From the IMG/VR virus record IMGVR_UViG_3300020416_000007: DNA of 64,000 nt; one strand, written 5' to 3'. Below, piece after piece: positions 10,999-21,292 of this stretch. Position 1 is the stretch's first letter. Each line of letters begins with the position of its first letter. Source of the DNA: an uncultured virus (IMG/VR IMGVR_UViG_3300020416_000007) (taxonomy: Duplodnaviria; Heunggongvirae; Uroviricota; Caudoviricetes). The position numbers and the translations under genes are program-made. The notes beneath the pieces are model-generated. The model made no database searches. It worked only from the letters and a program-made list of their open reading frames with translations, and was not told where the DNA came from.

Positions 10999-11526
10999 AT
11001 GGCAATATTAGGAGTAGACGATTTTAAAGCAAAACTAAGAGGTGGGGGCGCTCGTCCTAATCTGTTCCAGGTAACAATTAACTATCCAGGATTTGCGGAT
11101 GGTAACCCTGAACTAACATCATTCTTAGTAGAAGCTGCTGAGCTTCCAGGTTCAACCTTTGGTCAGATTGTAGTACCATTCAGAGGTCGCCAATTAAAAA
11201 TGGCTGGTGATCGTACATTTGCTGAATGGACAACAACAATCATTAATGACACAGACTTCGCAATACGCGATGCTCTAGAGCGTTGGATGAATGGTATAAA
11301 CAACCACAATGAAAATACAGGGTTGGCTGTACCGGTAGCTTATGAAGCTGATTTAAAAGTTGAGCAATTGGACCGTGAAGGTGATATCATTAAGACATAT
11401 AACTTCCGCGGATCATACCCACAAGATCTTTCACCTATTGCATTGTCATTCGGAGACAATGATAATATAGAAAGATTCACATGTACATGGGCATACCAGT
11501 ACTGGGAATCCAATACTACAACTTAA
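10999..11526 (+). CDS. gp19: Tail tube protein gp19
   Basis: GGARPNLF, FRGRQLKMAGDRTFAEWT. Confidence 0.95.
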   Translation: MAILGVDDFKAKLRGGGARPNLFQVTINYPGFADGNPELTSFLVEAAELPGSTFGQIVVPFRGRQLKMAGDRTFAEWTTTIINDTDFAIRDALERWMNGINNHNENTGLAVPVAYEADLKVEQLDREGDIIKTYNFRGSYPQDLSPIALSFGDNDNIERFTCTWAYQYWESNTTT

Positions 11527-11534
11527 ATAAATAG

Positions 11535-11570
11535 TAGGAAAGGCCGGAGAGGTTCGGCCTTTCTATTTTA
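11535..11570 (+). terminator. Probable intrinsic terminator hairpin after gp19
   Basis: aaaggccg...cggccttt inverted repeat followed by ctatttt. Confidence 0.6.
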
Positions 11571-11583
11571 ACAGAGGACTGAC

Positions 11584-13143
11584 ATGGCAGAAAATGATGG
11601 TTTAAAGCTTTTTGGTTTTGAAATCAAAAGAGCTAAAAATAAAGATGAAGAGAAACGACCATCTATCGTTCCTCCGCGGGACGACGAAGGTGGTAGTTAT
11701 GCCACAGCTTCTGGTACACATTACGGACAATATTTAAATTTAGACGGTGACGATTCTAAAGACAACTATCAATTGATTATGAAATATCGTGGCAATGCAA
11801 TGCATCCTGAGGTTGACAATGCTATTGAAGATATTGTAAATGAATCTATTACTGGTAGTGAACTAGAGCAAACCTTAGATATTAACTTAGACGATGTTCA
11901 AGTACCAGATAAAATCAAAAAACTAATTAAAGAAGAGTTTGACTACATCTATGGTATGTTAAACTTTAAAGAACTTGGCCACGATATTTTTCGTCGTTGG
12001 TATGTTGATGGCCGTTTATATCATCACTTAGTACTTAATAACGATAATCCTAAGGAAGGTATCCAAGAGATACGTCCTATCGACGCTGCTAAAATGCGTA
12101 AGGTTAAAAAGGTTAAGTATAAAAAAGATCCTGTTACAGGTGCAAAGGTTGTAGAAAAAACAGAAGAATTTTTTATATATCAAGAAAAGCCAGGTAGTTC
12201 TACGAGCGGAATTAAAATGACAAACGATTCTGTATCATATGTTACATCAGGCTTATTAACAGAAGATCGTAAGAAAATTATTTCACATATGCATAAAGCG
12301 TTGAAGCCTATCAACCAATTAAGGATGATGGAAGATGCTTTGGTTATATACAGATTAGCTCGAGCTCCTGAACGTAGAATCTTTTATATTGATGTAGGTA
12401 ACTTGCCAAGAGGTAAGTCTGAACAATACATGAAAGACATCATGGCAAGATATCGAAACAAGCTTGTGTATGATGCTAAGACTGGCGAAATTCGTGACGA
12501 CAGGAAACACCAGTCACTTCTCGAAGATTTCTGGTTACCTAGACGAGAAGGTGGCAGAGGAACAGAGATATCTACTCTACCAGGCGGTGAAAATCTTGGA
12601 CAAATAGAAGACATTGTATACTTCCAAAAGAGAATGTATCGTTCATTGAACGTTCCTATTTCACGTATGGATACTGAATCTGTACAAGGTATACTTGGTA
12701 GATCTACAGAAATTAACAGAGATGAATTAAAATTCCAGAAGTTTATTGATAGACTTCGTATGAGATTCTCTCATTTATTCTATGGCATCCTTAAGAAACA
12801 ACTTGTAATGAAAGGTGTTTGTACTGAGGATGATTGGGAAGAATGGAAAAATGACATCACGGTTGACTATATTAAAGACAACCATTTCACTGAATTACGT
12901 GATGCAGAGATGTTACAAAATAGATTAGAAACTTTAGACCGAGTACAAAACTATGTCGGTGATTACTATTCTAAAGAATGGGTAATGAAAAATGTGCTAC
13001 AGTTGAATGATGAAGATATTGAAACTATGCAAAAGCAAATGAGTGGTGAAGAAGACGAAGAGCCAGATGAAGAGCCGCAGCAAGAAGCACCACCTCAAAA
13101 ATATGAATTGAAACCTGTCCAAGGAGATGATAAAGATGAGTGA
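11584..13143 (+). CDS. gp20: Portal protein gp20
   Basis: IYRLARAPERRIFYIDVGNLP, EDFWLPRREGGRGTEISTLPGG. Confidence 0.97.
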   Translation: MAENDGLKLFGFEIKRAKNKDEEKRPSIVPPRDDEGGSYATASGTHYGQYLNLDGDDSKDNYQLIMKYRGNAMHPEVDNAIEDIVNESITGSELEQTLDINLDDVQVPDKIKKLIKEEFDYIYGMLNFKELGHDIFRRWYVDGRLYHHLVLNNDNPKEGIQEIRPIDAAKMRKVKKVKYKKDPVTGAKVVEKTEEFFIYQEKPGSSTSGIKMTNDSVSYVTSGLLTEDRKKIISHMHKALKPINQLRMMEDALVIYRLARAPERRIFYIDVGNLPRGKSEQYMKDIMARYRNKLVYDAKTGEIRDDRKHQSLLEDFWLPRREGGRGTEISTLPGGENLGQIEDIVYFQKRMYRSLNVPISRMDTESVQGILGRSTEINRDELKFQKFIDRLRMRFSHLFYGILKKQLVMKGVCTEDDWEEWKNDITVDYIKDNHFTELRDAEMLQNRLETLDRVQNYVGDYYSKEWVMKNVLQLNDEDIETMQKQMSGEEDEEPDEEPQQEAPPQKYELKPVQGDDKDE

Positions 13144-13471
13144 AGTAGAAGACGTACAAGACTATAATGATGTACAAGGTATGGTCCAACATGCTATGGA
13201 CCAAGATTTTAATAAGGCTAATCAAGTCTTTGGTGATATTATGTCGCTAAAGGTACAAGACTTATTAGATCAAGAAAAAACAAGACTAGCGGATGCAATC
13301 TATAATAATGCAACCGATCCTGCTAGTGAAGAAGATATTATGGGTGATGATCAACTAGAGTTAGATTTAGAAGATGAGACCGAAGAAGACACAGAAGAAG
13401 GCGAAGCTGAAGAAGATATTGAGGGAGATGAAATTCCTGAAGAAGATTCGGAAGAGCCTGAAGAATCGTAA
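13136..13471 (+). CDS. Acidic prohead core protein (gp67-like position)
   Basis: Very acidic small protein between portal and protease; synteny only. Confidence 0.55.
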   Translation: MSEVEDVQDYNDVQGMVQHAMDQDFNKANQVFGDIMSLKVQDLLDQEKTRLADAIYNNATDPASEEDIMGDDQLELDLEDETEEDTEEGEAEEDIEGDEIPEEDSEEPEES

Positions 13472-13474
13472 ATG

Positions 13475-13482
13475 TATAAATA
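13475..13482 (+). promoter_or_regulatory. T4-type late promoter
   Basis: Exact intergenic TATAAATA. Confidence 0.75.
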
Positions 13483-13494
13483 ATAGTTAACAAA

Positions 13495-13707
13495 ATGAAA
13501 ACATTTAATCAGATTAGAGAACTAACTGGTAGGAAGCCAAAAGGGCAAATAGTCCTTAATAAAAAGGTTGGCAGAATCCAGATAATGATCTATAAAGAAT
13601 CAATAGGCTTTGTAGCTTATATAGACGGAGATCGATTAGATGTTTACAAATCAAAAGCAGAAGCTCAAAAAGCAGCTGAAGCAATGGTAAAGGTATTAAA
13701 GAAATGA
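13495..13707 (+). CDS. Small basic protein (gp68-like position)
   Basis: MKTF start, basic, directly upstream of gp21. Confidence 0.5.
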   Translation: MKTFNQIRELTGRKPKGQIVLNKKVGRIQIMIYKESIGFVAYIDGDRLDVYKSKAEAQKAAEAMVKVLKK

Positions 13708-14360
13708 AACTGATTGCAGAGTATACCGAACAGAACTTGGAGGTTCTTACTGAAGCGAAAGACGGTAAGAAGTCTTATGCTATTGAAGGTATATTCATGC
13801 AAGCAGAAACTAAAAATAGAAATGGTCGGATATATCCTAGAGCTGTCATGGAAAAAGCCGTTGGCAAATATGACAAAGAACAAGTAGCTAAGGGCAGAGC
13901 AGTTGGTGAGTTAAACCACCCTGAAGGACCGACCGTAAATCTAGATAAGGTTTCCCACAAGATAGAATCCCTTGATTGGAAAGGGAACGACGTTGTGGGC
14001 AAAGCGCGTATATTGGAAACTCCTATGGGTAAAATCGTTGAAGGTTTGCTCGAAGGTGGTGTCAATCTAGGCGTATCGACTCGTGGTATGGGAAGTTTGA
14101 GTAGAGGTAATAACGCTATGGTCGTACAGCCAGACTTTATGTTGAATGCTGTCGACATCGTTCAAGATCCATCCGCACCTAGCGCTTTTGTTAATGGGAT
14201 AATGGAAGGTGTTGAATGGGTATGGAACAACGGTATTATTGAAGCCAAACAGATTGAACAAATGGAGACTGAAATTAAGAAAGCTCCACGTATCGGTCTT
14301 TATGAGACGCAGGTTCGTGAGTTTAAGAATTTCCTCTCGTTACTTAAACATAAAATATAG
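13704..14360 (+). CDS. gp21: Prohead protease gp21
   Basis: KNRNGRIYP, GELNHP, GVSTRGMGS, DIVQDPSAPSAFV. Confidence 0.96.
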   Translation: MKLIAEYTEQNLEVLTEAKDGKKSYAIEGIFMQAETKNRNGRIYPRAVMEKAVGKYDKEQVAKGRAVGELNHPEGPTVNLDKVSHKIESLDWKGNDVVGKARILETPMGKIVEGLLEGGVNLGVSTRGMGSLSRGNNAMVVQPDFMLNAVDIVQDPSAPSAFVNGIMEGVEWVWNNGIIEAKQIEQMETEIKKAPRIGLYETQVREFKNFLSLLKHKI

Positions 14361-14366
14361 GAGTCA

Positions 14367-15446
14367 ATGATGACTGATGAAAATCAAGTAGAAGATCAGG
14401 ATGTCGAACTCCATGACGAAGTAACAGACGAAGTTGTGGAAGAGGCTCATGATCCTAAAAATGCTGAGGCTCAATCAGTGCAAGCGACTGATAAAGCTGG
14501 TGAAGCTACCAAGCGTGCTCCTGCACGTAAAGGTGACAACACTAAGCAAGATCCAATGCCAAAGACTAAAGCAGGTATGATGTCTGCTGCGGTTGGCGCA
14601 ATGCAAGGTATGTCCAAAGAAAAACTCGGCGGTGTGTTAAGCACTCTAATGCAGAGCACAGACGAAGAAGCTTTCGATGGTGAACCAATTGCAGAAGATA
14701 AAGTAGAACTTGACTATAAGGCAGACTTTGGTGAAGATCTAACAGCGTTGGTGAACGAAGAAGCTACACTGAGCGATGAGTTCAAAGCAAAAGCAGAAAC
14801 AATCTTTGAAGCAGCTATTAAGTCAAAGCTGTCAGAAGAGATTGATCGTCTCGAAACTAAGTACGAAGAAGAGCTAGCTGAGGAAGTATCCTCAACAAAA
14901 GCCGATCTCGTCGAAAAGGTCGACAATTACCTAAACTACGTAGTTGAACAGTGGATGGAGGACAACAAAGTTGCCGTCACTACTGGTCTACGCACTGAGA
15001 TTGCAGAAAAATTCATGAACAATTTGAAAGACTTGTTCACGGAATCTTATATCGAAGTACCGGAAGCTAAGGTTGATTTAGTTGACGAACTTGCTGCAGC
15101 AAACGCAGAGCTTGAAGAAGCTCATGATAAAGCCATTGCACGTACAATGGAAATGCAAGAAGAGTTAGAAGTCCTTAAGCGTGATGCAATCATCGCTGAA
15201 GCGGCTGAAGGCTTGGCTGCTACTCAAGTTGAAAAACTTAAAAAATTAGCTGAGGATGTTGACTTTGAAAGTGCAGAAACTTTCGCAGAAAAAGTAAACA
15301 CAATCAAAGAATCATACTTCACTAAGAAAACCACTGAAGCCGCTGACATTGAAGAAGAAGTATCTGAAGACGGTGCAAACGTCGTCGAAGCTACAACAGA
15401 CACAATGGCTCAGTATCTTTCAGCAATTCAAAAAACAAACAAATAA
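14367..15446 (+). CDS. gp22: Prohead scaffold protein gp22
   Basis: Acidic coiled coil, LSDEFKAKAETIFEAA, VDNYLNYVVEQW; between gp21 and gp23. Confidence 0.92.
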   Translation: MMTDENQVEDQDVELHDEVTDEVVEEAHDPKNAEAQSVQATDKAGEATKRAPARKGDNTKQDPMPKTKAGMMSAAVGAMQGMSKEKLGGVLSTLMQSTDEEAFDGEPIAEDKVELDYKADFGEDLTALVNEEATLSDEFKAKAETIFEAAIKSKLSEEIDRLETKYEEELAEEVSSTKADLVEKVDNYLNYVVEQWMEDNKVAVTTGLRTEIAEKFMNNLKDLFTESYIEVPEAKVDLVDELAAANAELEEAHDKAIARTMEMQEELEVLKRDAIIAEAAEGLAATQVEKLKKLAEDVDFESAETFAEKVNTIKESYFTKKTTEAADIEEEVSEDGANVVEATTDTMAQYLSAIQKTNK

Positions 15447-15461
15447 TTGGGAGTCCAATAA

Positions 15462-16802
15462 ATGAATACTAATTTTTCATCTTACGATAAGTTGATCGAA
15501 AAATGGGCACCGGTACTGAACGAAGAATCAGCGGGTTCCATTAAAGATCATCACCGTAAAGCAGTTACAGCTGCTATCCTAGAAAACCAGGAGATCGCTT
15601 TTAACGAAGAAGCTATGCTTACAGAAGCTGCTCCTACAAACAACACAACAAATGCGGCTAACTGGAATCCAGTATTAATCGCGCTTGTACGACGTGCTAT
15701 GCCTAACCTAATGGCATACGACATGTGTGGTGTTCAGCCAATGTCAGGCCCAACAGGCTTGATCTTCGCAATGAAGTCAACATACGAAACAACCAAAGCT
15801 GGTGTTTCAGCAGGCGATGAAGCATTCTTCAACGAAGCTGCAGTTGGTTTCTCAGGCGATTCTGCTACAACTGGTAACGGTGCAGCTGGTCCATCAGGTC
15901 TAGTTGGTGTAACAGACGGTAACGCTGACTCATCAATCGACAACGAGCGTTCTGGCCCATATGCTGGCGATGCGTACGATACAGCCGAAGCTGAAGCTCT
16001 TGGCTCAACTGGCGGTGAAGCATTTGCTGAAATGGGTTTTACCATTGAAAAAGCAACTGTGACTGCAAAATCACGTGCGTTGAAAGCAGAATACAGCTTA
16101 GAATTAGCACAAGACTTGAAAGCGATTCATGGTCTTGACGCTGAAACTGAGTTGGCAAATATTCTTTCAACAGAAATCATGTCAGAAATCAACCGTGAAG
16201 TAATCCGTACAGTTAACTCACAAGCTAAAACTGGTGCAGGCACTGGTAACACAGCTGTTAACGGTATCTTCAATCTACAAACAGATGCCGATGGCCGCTG
16301 GTCAGTAGAGAAGTTCAAAGGTTTGATCCTACAGATTGAACGTGAAGCTAACGTAATTGCAAAAGAGACACGTAGAGGTAAAGGTAACTTTATGATCTGT
16401 TCTTCTGACGTTGCTTCTGCTCTTGCAGCTTCAGGCATGTTGGACTACGCTCCAGCTATGTCAACAAATCTACAAGTTGACGACACAGGCAACACATTCG
16501 CCGGTGTTCTTAACGGTCGTATGAGAGTATACATTGATCCATATGCTGTAGGTAACTACATCACTGTGGGTTATAAAGGTACTAACCCATATGACGCAGG
16601 TCTGTTCTACTGCCCATACGTACCACTAACTATGGTCCGTGCAGTTGGGGAAGATACATTCCAGCCAAAAATCGGTTTCAAAACTCGATACGGCATGGTG
16701 TCAAACCCATTCGTAGGCTCATCACCATCATCTGGTCTTGCAGCAGCGAAATCAAACCAATACTACAGAATCTTCAGAGTAGACGATATTCTAGGTTCTT
16801 AA
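15462..16802 (+). CDS. gp23: Major capsid protein gp23
   Basis: KWAPVL, GVQPMSGPTGLIFAM, SRALKAEYSLELAQDLKAIHGLDAE, FQPKIGFKTRYG. Confidence 0.98.
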   Translation: MNTNFSSYDKLIEKWAPVLNEESAGSIKDHHRKAVTAAILENQEIAFNEEAMLTEAAPTNNTTNAANWNPVLIALVRRAMPNLMAYDMCGVQPMSGPTGLIFAMKSTYETTKAGVSAGDEAFFNEAAVGFSGDSATTGNGAAGPSGLVGVTDGNADSSIDNERSGPYAGDAYDTAEAEALGSTGGEAFAEMGFTIEKATVTAKSRALKAEYSLELAQDLKAIHGLDAETELANILSTEIMSEINREVIRTVNSQAKTGAGTGNTAVNGIFNLQTDADGRWSVEKFKGLILQIEREANVIAKETRRGKGNFMICSSDVASALAASGMLDYAPAMSTNLQVDDTGNTFAGVLNGRMRVYIDPYAVGNYITVGYKGTNPYDAGLFYCPYVPLTMVRAVGEDTFQPKIGFKTRYGMVSNPFVGSSPSSGLAAAKSNQYYRIFRVDDILGS

Positions 16803-16824
16803 TAAAAAAAGTTCTATCTCCACT

Positions 16825-16850
16825 AAGAGGGCTTCGGCCCTCTTTTTTTT
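16825..16850 (+). terminator. Intrinsic terminator with cUUCGg tetraloop after gp23
   Basis: aagagggc-ttcg-gccctctt followed by T run. Confidence 0.9.
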
Positions 16851-16863
16851 AACTTGCTTTTTG

Positions 16864-16871
16864 TATAAATA
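16864..16871 (+). promoter_or_regulatory. T4-type late promoter upstream of gp3
   Basis: TATAAATA 5 nt before the ATG. Confidence 0.8.
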
Positions 16872-16876
16872 GCAGT

Positions 16877-17443
16877 ATGAGCAACTTAACAGAAAATTTT
16901 AATTACTTACAGCCTACTAGTTTTAAGCTAGTTATTGATAGAAAGAACTTTCCTAACCTTGAGTTCTTCTGTCAGCAGGTGACGCATCCAGGATTACTGA
17001 TACCTTCGGCCGAAGTACCGGTTAGAAGAATGCAATCTATTCCTTTACCTGGAGAGTCATTAACTATTAATGAACTATCGGCTGAAATACTTTTAGATGA
17101 AAACATGGAAAGTTATACAGAGATGTATAGTTGGATATTAAGGAATCAACATACGAACCTTGATACACATACAGCCATGCAAAGAAAAGAGAAGCCTCCT
17201 ACATATGCAGACATAACATTATCTATTCTATCAAGTCATAATAACACGACAGTACAAGTAAGATATGTTGATGCAATGCCTACATCATTAGGAGATATAC
17301 AATTCTTATCAACAGCAGGCGGACAAGAATTCATAACCTTTCCAGCTACATTTAGGTTCAGTTACTTTGAACTAAAAACAGTTAATGCAACTACAGGATC
17401 TATTACAGATTCTTTTAGTGTTACAGGTACGGTAGGACAATAA
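16877..17443 (+). CDS. gp3: Tail completion/tube terminator gp3-like
   Basis: NYLQPTSFKL, FPNLEFFCQ, DENMESY.E.Y.W, PTSLG. Confidence 0.85.
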   Translation: MSNLTENFNYLQPTSFKLVIDRKNFPNLEFFCQQVTHPGLLIPSAEVPVRRMQSIPLPGESLTINELSAEILLDENMESYTEMYSWILRNQHTNLDTHTAMQRKEKPPTYADITLSILSSHNNTTVQVRYVDAMPTSLGDIQFLSTAGGQEFITFPATFRFSYFELKTVNATTGSITDSFSVTGTVGQ

Positions 17444-17444
17444 T

Positions 17445-18995
17445 ATGGTATCAAGAAATAGACAACTAGCAGCTTCCATAAAAGATTCGAGTGGTGCATT
17501 AGCAGTAGAAAAATTTAATAATTTATTTGATAATACCATAGAACCTGAAACATTAAATTTTGCTGTTGATGTTCGAGGTGCTGGACAAAACGCTCATTGG
17601 TTGTGGTCATGGAATCCTACTACATTACCATATGCTCGAGCTCCTATTACATTATCGAATGAAGGTGAGATACCTTTATATAAAGCAGGTACATATCAAC
17701 TAGATAACTTTGCTGCATATAATACAAATGGAAATTCTACTCAAACACATTTGATAAAATTAAAATGGATTGAAGAACCAGGCGATGCAAACTTAGTTGA
17801 TTGGGTTACATATGATAGTAGTAACACAATTGCGTTTGAAGGTGTAACATCAACACCTCAGAAAACACAAAGATTAACGTGGTCAGTTCCTGCCGCGTTT
17901 ACCCCACCAACATTAAATACCTCCACAGTTCAATATAATGTTGGTGCTACTACTGGCGCGTACGTTTTTTCCGGAAACGCCAGTGGTAATAACACGGAAC
18001 TAGGTCCTTTATATAGAGGTAATACATACGAATTTTTACTAGATTCTACAACAGCTGGACATCCATTTTATTTGACAACAGATAGTAACGGAGAATATTC
18101 AGCAACTAGTTATGGCGGTGAATATACTTCGGGTGTTACAAATTCAAGAGCTCAAGGTAGTTCAGGCACAACTGCAACTATGACATTCGTTGTTCCGGCT
18201 GATGCGCCTGACACATTAGATTACCAGTGTGGTAACCACCAAGCAATGAATGGTTCAATAACAATAAAAGATTTAAAAGTAGATTCAAGTGGTAGCGGTG
18301 AAACATACTTATATTTTCAACATTCACAAGAACAGCATAAGACTCGTGTAAGAATTAAAGAATCACCTACTATTGTACCACAAATGTGTCTAACATGGAA
18401 TGGCACAAAAGCAAAGTATGTTCCACAAGATTTACGAAACTACATGGATTTAACTCCATCATTCGTAACTCGAGTAGAAGAGGTAATTGGAGACGCAGCA
18501 TTAGATTCAGCATACACTGCAGGTCTTATCGACTCCGCATATATTAATGCTAGAGTAAGTGGCGTAGACTCGGCTTCAGTTTCTGCAATCGTAGATTCAG
18601 ACTACGTAAGTTCTAGAGCTGATGTCACCTCTGTTATAGATTCAGATTATGTAACAGCAAGAGTTGGTAGTACAGAACAACATACTACACTTACTCAAAA
18701 CTTAACATTATACGTAATGAATGGATCTGCACGATGGTATGCGCCAAGATCACTTACATTACAAAGTATGGCTGCATATGTACAAACTGCACCAACAGGT
18801 GCCGGTTTAAATCTTAGAGTAAATAAAAACGGTTCATCTATTGCAACACCTTCTATTGCTGCAGGTGCTACAAGTGGATCATTAACAGGATTAACAGAAA
18901 CAATGAATGCAGGTGATTACTTAACAGTTGATATCACCCAAGTTGGATCTACAGTAGCAGGTGCCAACTTAAGTTTAGTTATAGTATACAAATAG
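17445..18995 (+). CDS. Putative virion structural protein with cupredoxin-like domain and DS repeats
   Basis: GHPFYL...VPADAPDTLDYQCGNHQAMNG; LDSAY/IDSAY/VDSDY repeats. Confidence 0.6.
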   Translation: MVSRNRQLAASIKDSSGALAVEKFNNLFDNTIEPETLNFAVDVRGAGQNAHWLWSWNPTTLPYARAPITLSNEGEIPLYKAGTYQLDNFAAYNTNGNSTQTHLIKLKWIEEPGDANLVDWVTYDSSNTIAFEGVTSTPQKTQRLTWSVPAAFTPPTLNTSTVQYNVGATTGAYVFSGNASGNNTELGPLYRGNTYEFLLDSTTAGHPFYLTTDSNGEYSATSYGGEYTSGVTNSRAQGSSGTTATMTFVVPADAPDTLDYQCGNHQAMNGSITIKDLKVDSSGSGETYLYFQHSQEQHKTRVRIKESPTIVPQMCLTWNGTKAKYVPQDLRNYMDLTPSFVTRVEEVIGDAALDSAYTAGLIDSAYINARVSGVDSASVSAIVDSDYVSSRADVTSVIDSDYVTARVGSTEQHTTLTQNLTLYVMNGSARWYAPRSLTLQSMAAYVQTAPTGAGLNLRVNKNGSSIATPSIAAGATSGSLTGLTETMNAGDYLTVDITQVGSTVAGANLSLVIVYK

Positions 18996-19005
18996 GAGAA
19001 TACCA

Positions 19006-19257
19006 ATGGCGTTAAGCGCAGAACACAAATCAGCATTGGCGAGACAATTTGGTTATGACAGCAGCGAGAATATCGTTCTGTACAAAATTGAAAACGCCAC
19101 TCAGGAAAAAGTAGCAAATAGATTCACCAATTCACATATTAACCATCCGAGATCTTTTGCAACATGGCAAGGTGACTTGTTCACCGGTGTTGTTATATAC
19201 GAAGATTCGGCAGGAGAGATACAGCTCTCCTCAGATTGCGTAGAGGTAACAGAGTAA
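19006..19257 (+). CDS. Hypothetical protein
   Basis: aggag SD; in the late gene run. Confidence 0.6.
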   Translation: MALSAEHKSALARQFGYDSSENIVLYKIENATQEKVANRFTNSHINHPRSFATWQGDLFTGVVIYEDSAGEIQLSSDCVEVTE

Positions 19258-20480
19258 TGTATTTTAAACTAGTAAGTAACGGCACAAGTTTTGGTGGGCC
19301 AAACAACACAAACTATGCATCATATAGGAGATATGTTTTAGAAGATCTTCGTGGCGTGATTATGGGTAGTATCACTTCTACTTCAGGACTTAATACTACT
19401 GTGCATAATACATCATCATCAGTAATTACTGGTACACGGCCTTCTACAGGTATCTATCATGAAACAGGTTGTAATAGAAATACTTCATCATCTGCAACCA
19501 GTGATGATTATTTTATTCAGTTTTATAAAAGACACCATGGATATCTTCAAGATAATACTAATGCAGATATGCAAAGAGCTGTTCACATTAGGAGCGAAAA
19601 TACTTATGCCATGACACCTAGGATGGGAACAGATGTAACAAACTCTGTGACAGGTATCAACAATGATTTTCCTAATTCATTGAATGGCTGGTTAGATGCT
19701 GGTTCTACTTATGATCCATCAGCTGGTTACACTACTCCTTACTATTGGCATTCGCTTGAAGGAATTCTTAATGATAAAGTTTTTGTTCTTAAATTAAATA
19801 TGAGTCCATTAGGTAGTAGTTATTCAGATATGATTTTTATTATGGCTGACCAAGAATATCAAGCAAACTATGACAATCATACTCGAGCACAATTTCAATA
19901 TCACTGTCCTACTGTTGCAATATATCATTCAGAATTTAATTTAGAAAGTAATAACACAGTAGGTTCTACTAGTACTTCCGGTAAACGAGCAGGAAATAAT
20001 ATTGGTAAAGTGCAGAGATTTGGTAGATACTACCCAACAGGAAATAATAGCAGTGATTCCTATACAAGTTCTTATATAATGGGTCAGTACTCAACAAATA
20101 CTACATATGATAGTTACAATAGTTTATTTCCGCCACCGTGGTATGAAATTCTTGGTAGAACACCAGTTGCAAACGGTAACGCAGGATTTGTAATGCAGCC
20201 TCTATTGTATGTGCCACATATAGGTCTACCTGTTACTGCAAATTATTATCATAGTGATTATAAAGAATTCTCTAGACTAATGGGTATATGGAGAACCGGT
20301 GACGATACTTTCTACAGTGGTGAACGTGTTACTGATGGCGACGGCAATGCATATAGAGCATTTAGAGCATATAAAGTTGGATCTCCAACATCATCAGACA
20401 CTGGTTATACTTACAGTTGGGGTTATTCTCAAGAACATTCACGTAGTGCAGTTTATCTATTTCCGGAAGCAGGAACTTAA
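19257..20480 (+). CDS. Hypothetical S/T/Y/N-rich putative virion protein
   Basis: Long ORF, TAATG coupling, composition like neighbouring structural proteins. Confidence 0.6.
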   Translation: MYFKLVSNGTSFGGPNNTNYASYRRYVLEDLRGVIMGSITSTSGLNTTVHNTSSSVITGTRPSTGIYHETGCNRNTSSSATSDDYFIQFYKRHHGYLQDNTNADMQRAVHIRSENTYAMTPRMGTDVTNSVTGINNDFPNSLNGWLDAGSTYDPSAGYTTPYYWHSLEGILNDKVFVLKLNMSPLGSSYSDMIFIMADQEYQANYDNHTRAQFQYHCPTVAIYHSEFNLESNNTVGSTSTSGKRAGNNIGKVQRFGRYYPTGNNSSDSYTSSYIMGQYSTNTTYDSYNSLFPPPWYEILGRTPVANGNAGFVMQPLLYVPHIGLPVTANYYHSDYKEFSRLMGIWRTGDDTFYSGERVTDGDGNAYRAFRAYKVGSPTSSDTGYTYSWGYSQEHSRSAVYLFPEAGT

Positions 20481-20483
20481 TAT

Positions 20484-20825
20484 ATGCCAGTAAGAACGGG
20501 TTATACAGATTCAACGTATCACTTAGATACGCCATGGAATCAAGACGGATATGTCAATGATTATATCTATGGCGATTCTTCTCCTGTTCTAGACAATAGT
20601 AATGATATTATTTTAATTGAGTCTGATGGAACACTAGATTCTTCTTATAATAATAATCATGTTCTAGACTTTACGAATGATATCTATCTAGTTAAAGCTG
20701 CTGACGCAGCTGTAGCAGCACAAGCATCAGCAGACTCTGCAAATACTTTAATAAGCACACTAAGAGTACAACTTGCCAATGCCGAAAGTGGTGGCGGTGG
20801 CGCAATACAGACTTGGAGTTCATAA
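20484..20825 (+). CDS. Hypothetical putative virion protein
   Basis: Tightly packed ORF; internal LDNSNDI/LDFTNDI repeat. Confidence 0.55.
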   Translation: MPVRTGYTDSTYHLDTPWNQDGYVNDYIYGDSSPVLDNSNDIILIESDGTLDSSYNNNHVLDFTNDIYLVKAADAAVAAQASADSANTLISTLRVQLANAESGGGGAIQTWSS

Positions 20826-21259
20826 TGGCGACAAAGGCAAGATTATTATCACAAACTTTTTCATCAACGCCTACTGGCGATATAAGATTAAAGGGTGAAT
20901 TTGCAGATAGTGCTGCACCGGAAGCTCCTGAAATATTTACTGGAAGCGCTACTATAGCAGACTCAGCAGAAACAGCAATTAATACATTTGATGGAACTAC
21001 GATTAGAGCTGCTCACTATGATATCATATGTCAAACTTCGGGCGACAGTGATCATCAAGCTGGACAGGTATTTGTAACGCATACCGGTGATAGTGCAACT
21101 CTTACTTCATATGGTACGTTGTTGCATGCAGCTGGAACTTTAGTAATGTACGATTGTAGCATTGACGGGTCTGATCAGGTTTCGTTACTAGCAGATCCTC
21201 AAGGACATGCTGGATTGAAGTTTTCATTTAAAAGAATTGACACGCCGGTTACGACGTAA
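20825..21259 (+). CDS. Hypothetical putative virion protein
   Basis: MATKARLLS start; IRAAHYDI...H.G.SATLTSYG resembles a myophage fibre-associated domain. Confidence 0.55.
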   Translation: MATKARLLSQTFSSTPTGDIRLKGEFADSAAPEAPEIFTGSATIADSAETAINTFDGTTIRAAHYDIICQTSGDSDHQAGQVFVTHTGDSATLTSYGTLLHAAGTLVMYDCSIDGSDQVSLLADPQGHAGLKFSFKRIDTPVTT

Positions 21260-21262
21260 GTA

Positions 21263-21270
21263 TATAAATA
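21263..21270 (+). promoter_or_regulatory. T4-type late promoter
   Basis: Exact intergenic TATAAATA. Confidence 0.8.
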
Positions 21271-21292
21271 GAATCAAATTAAAGAGGTTGAT

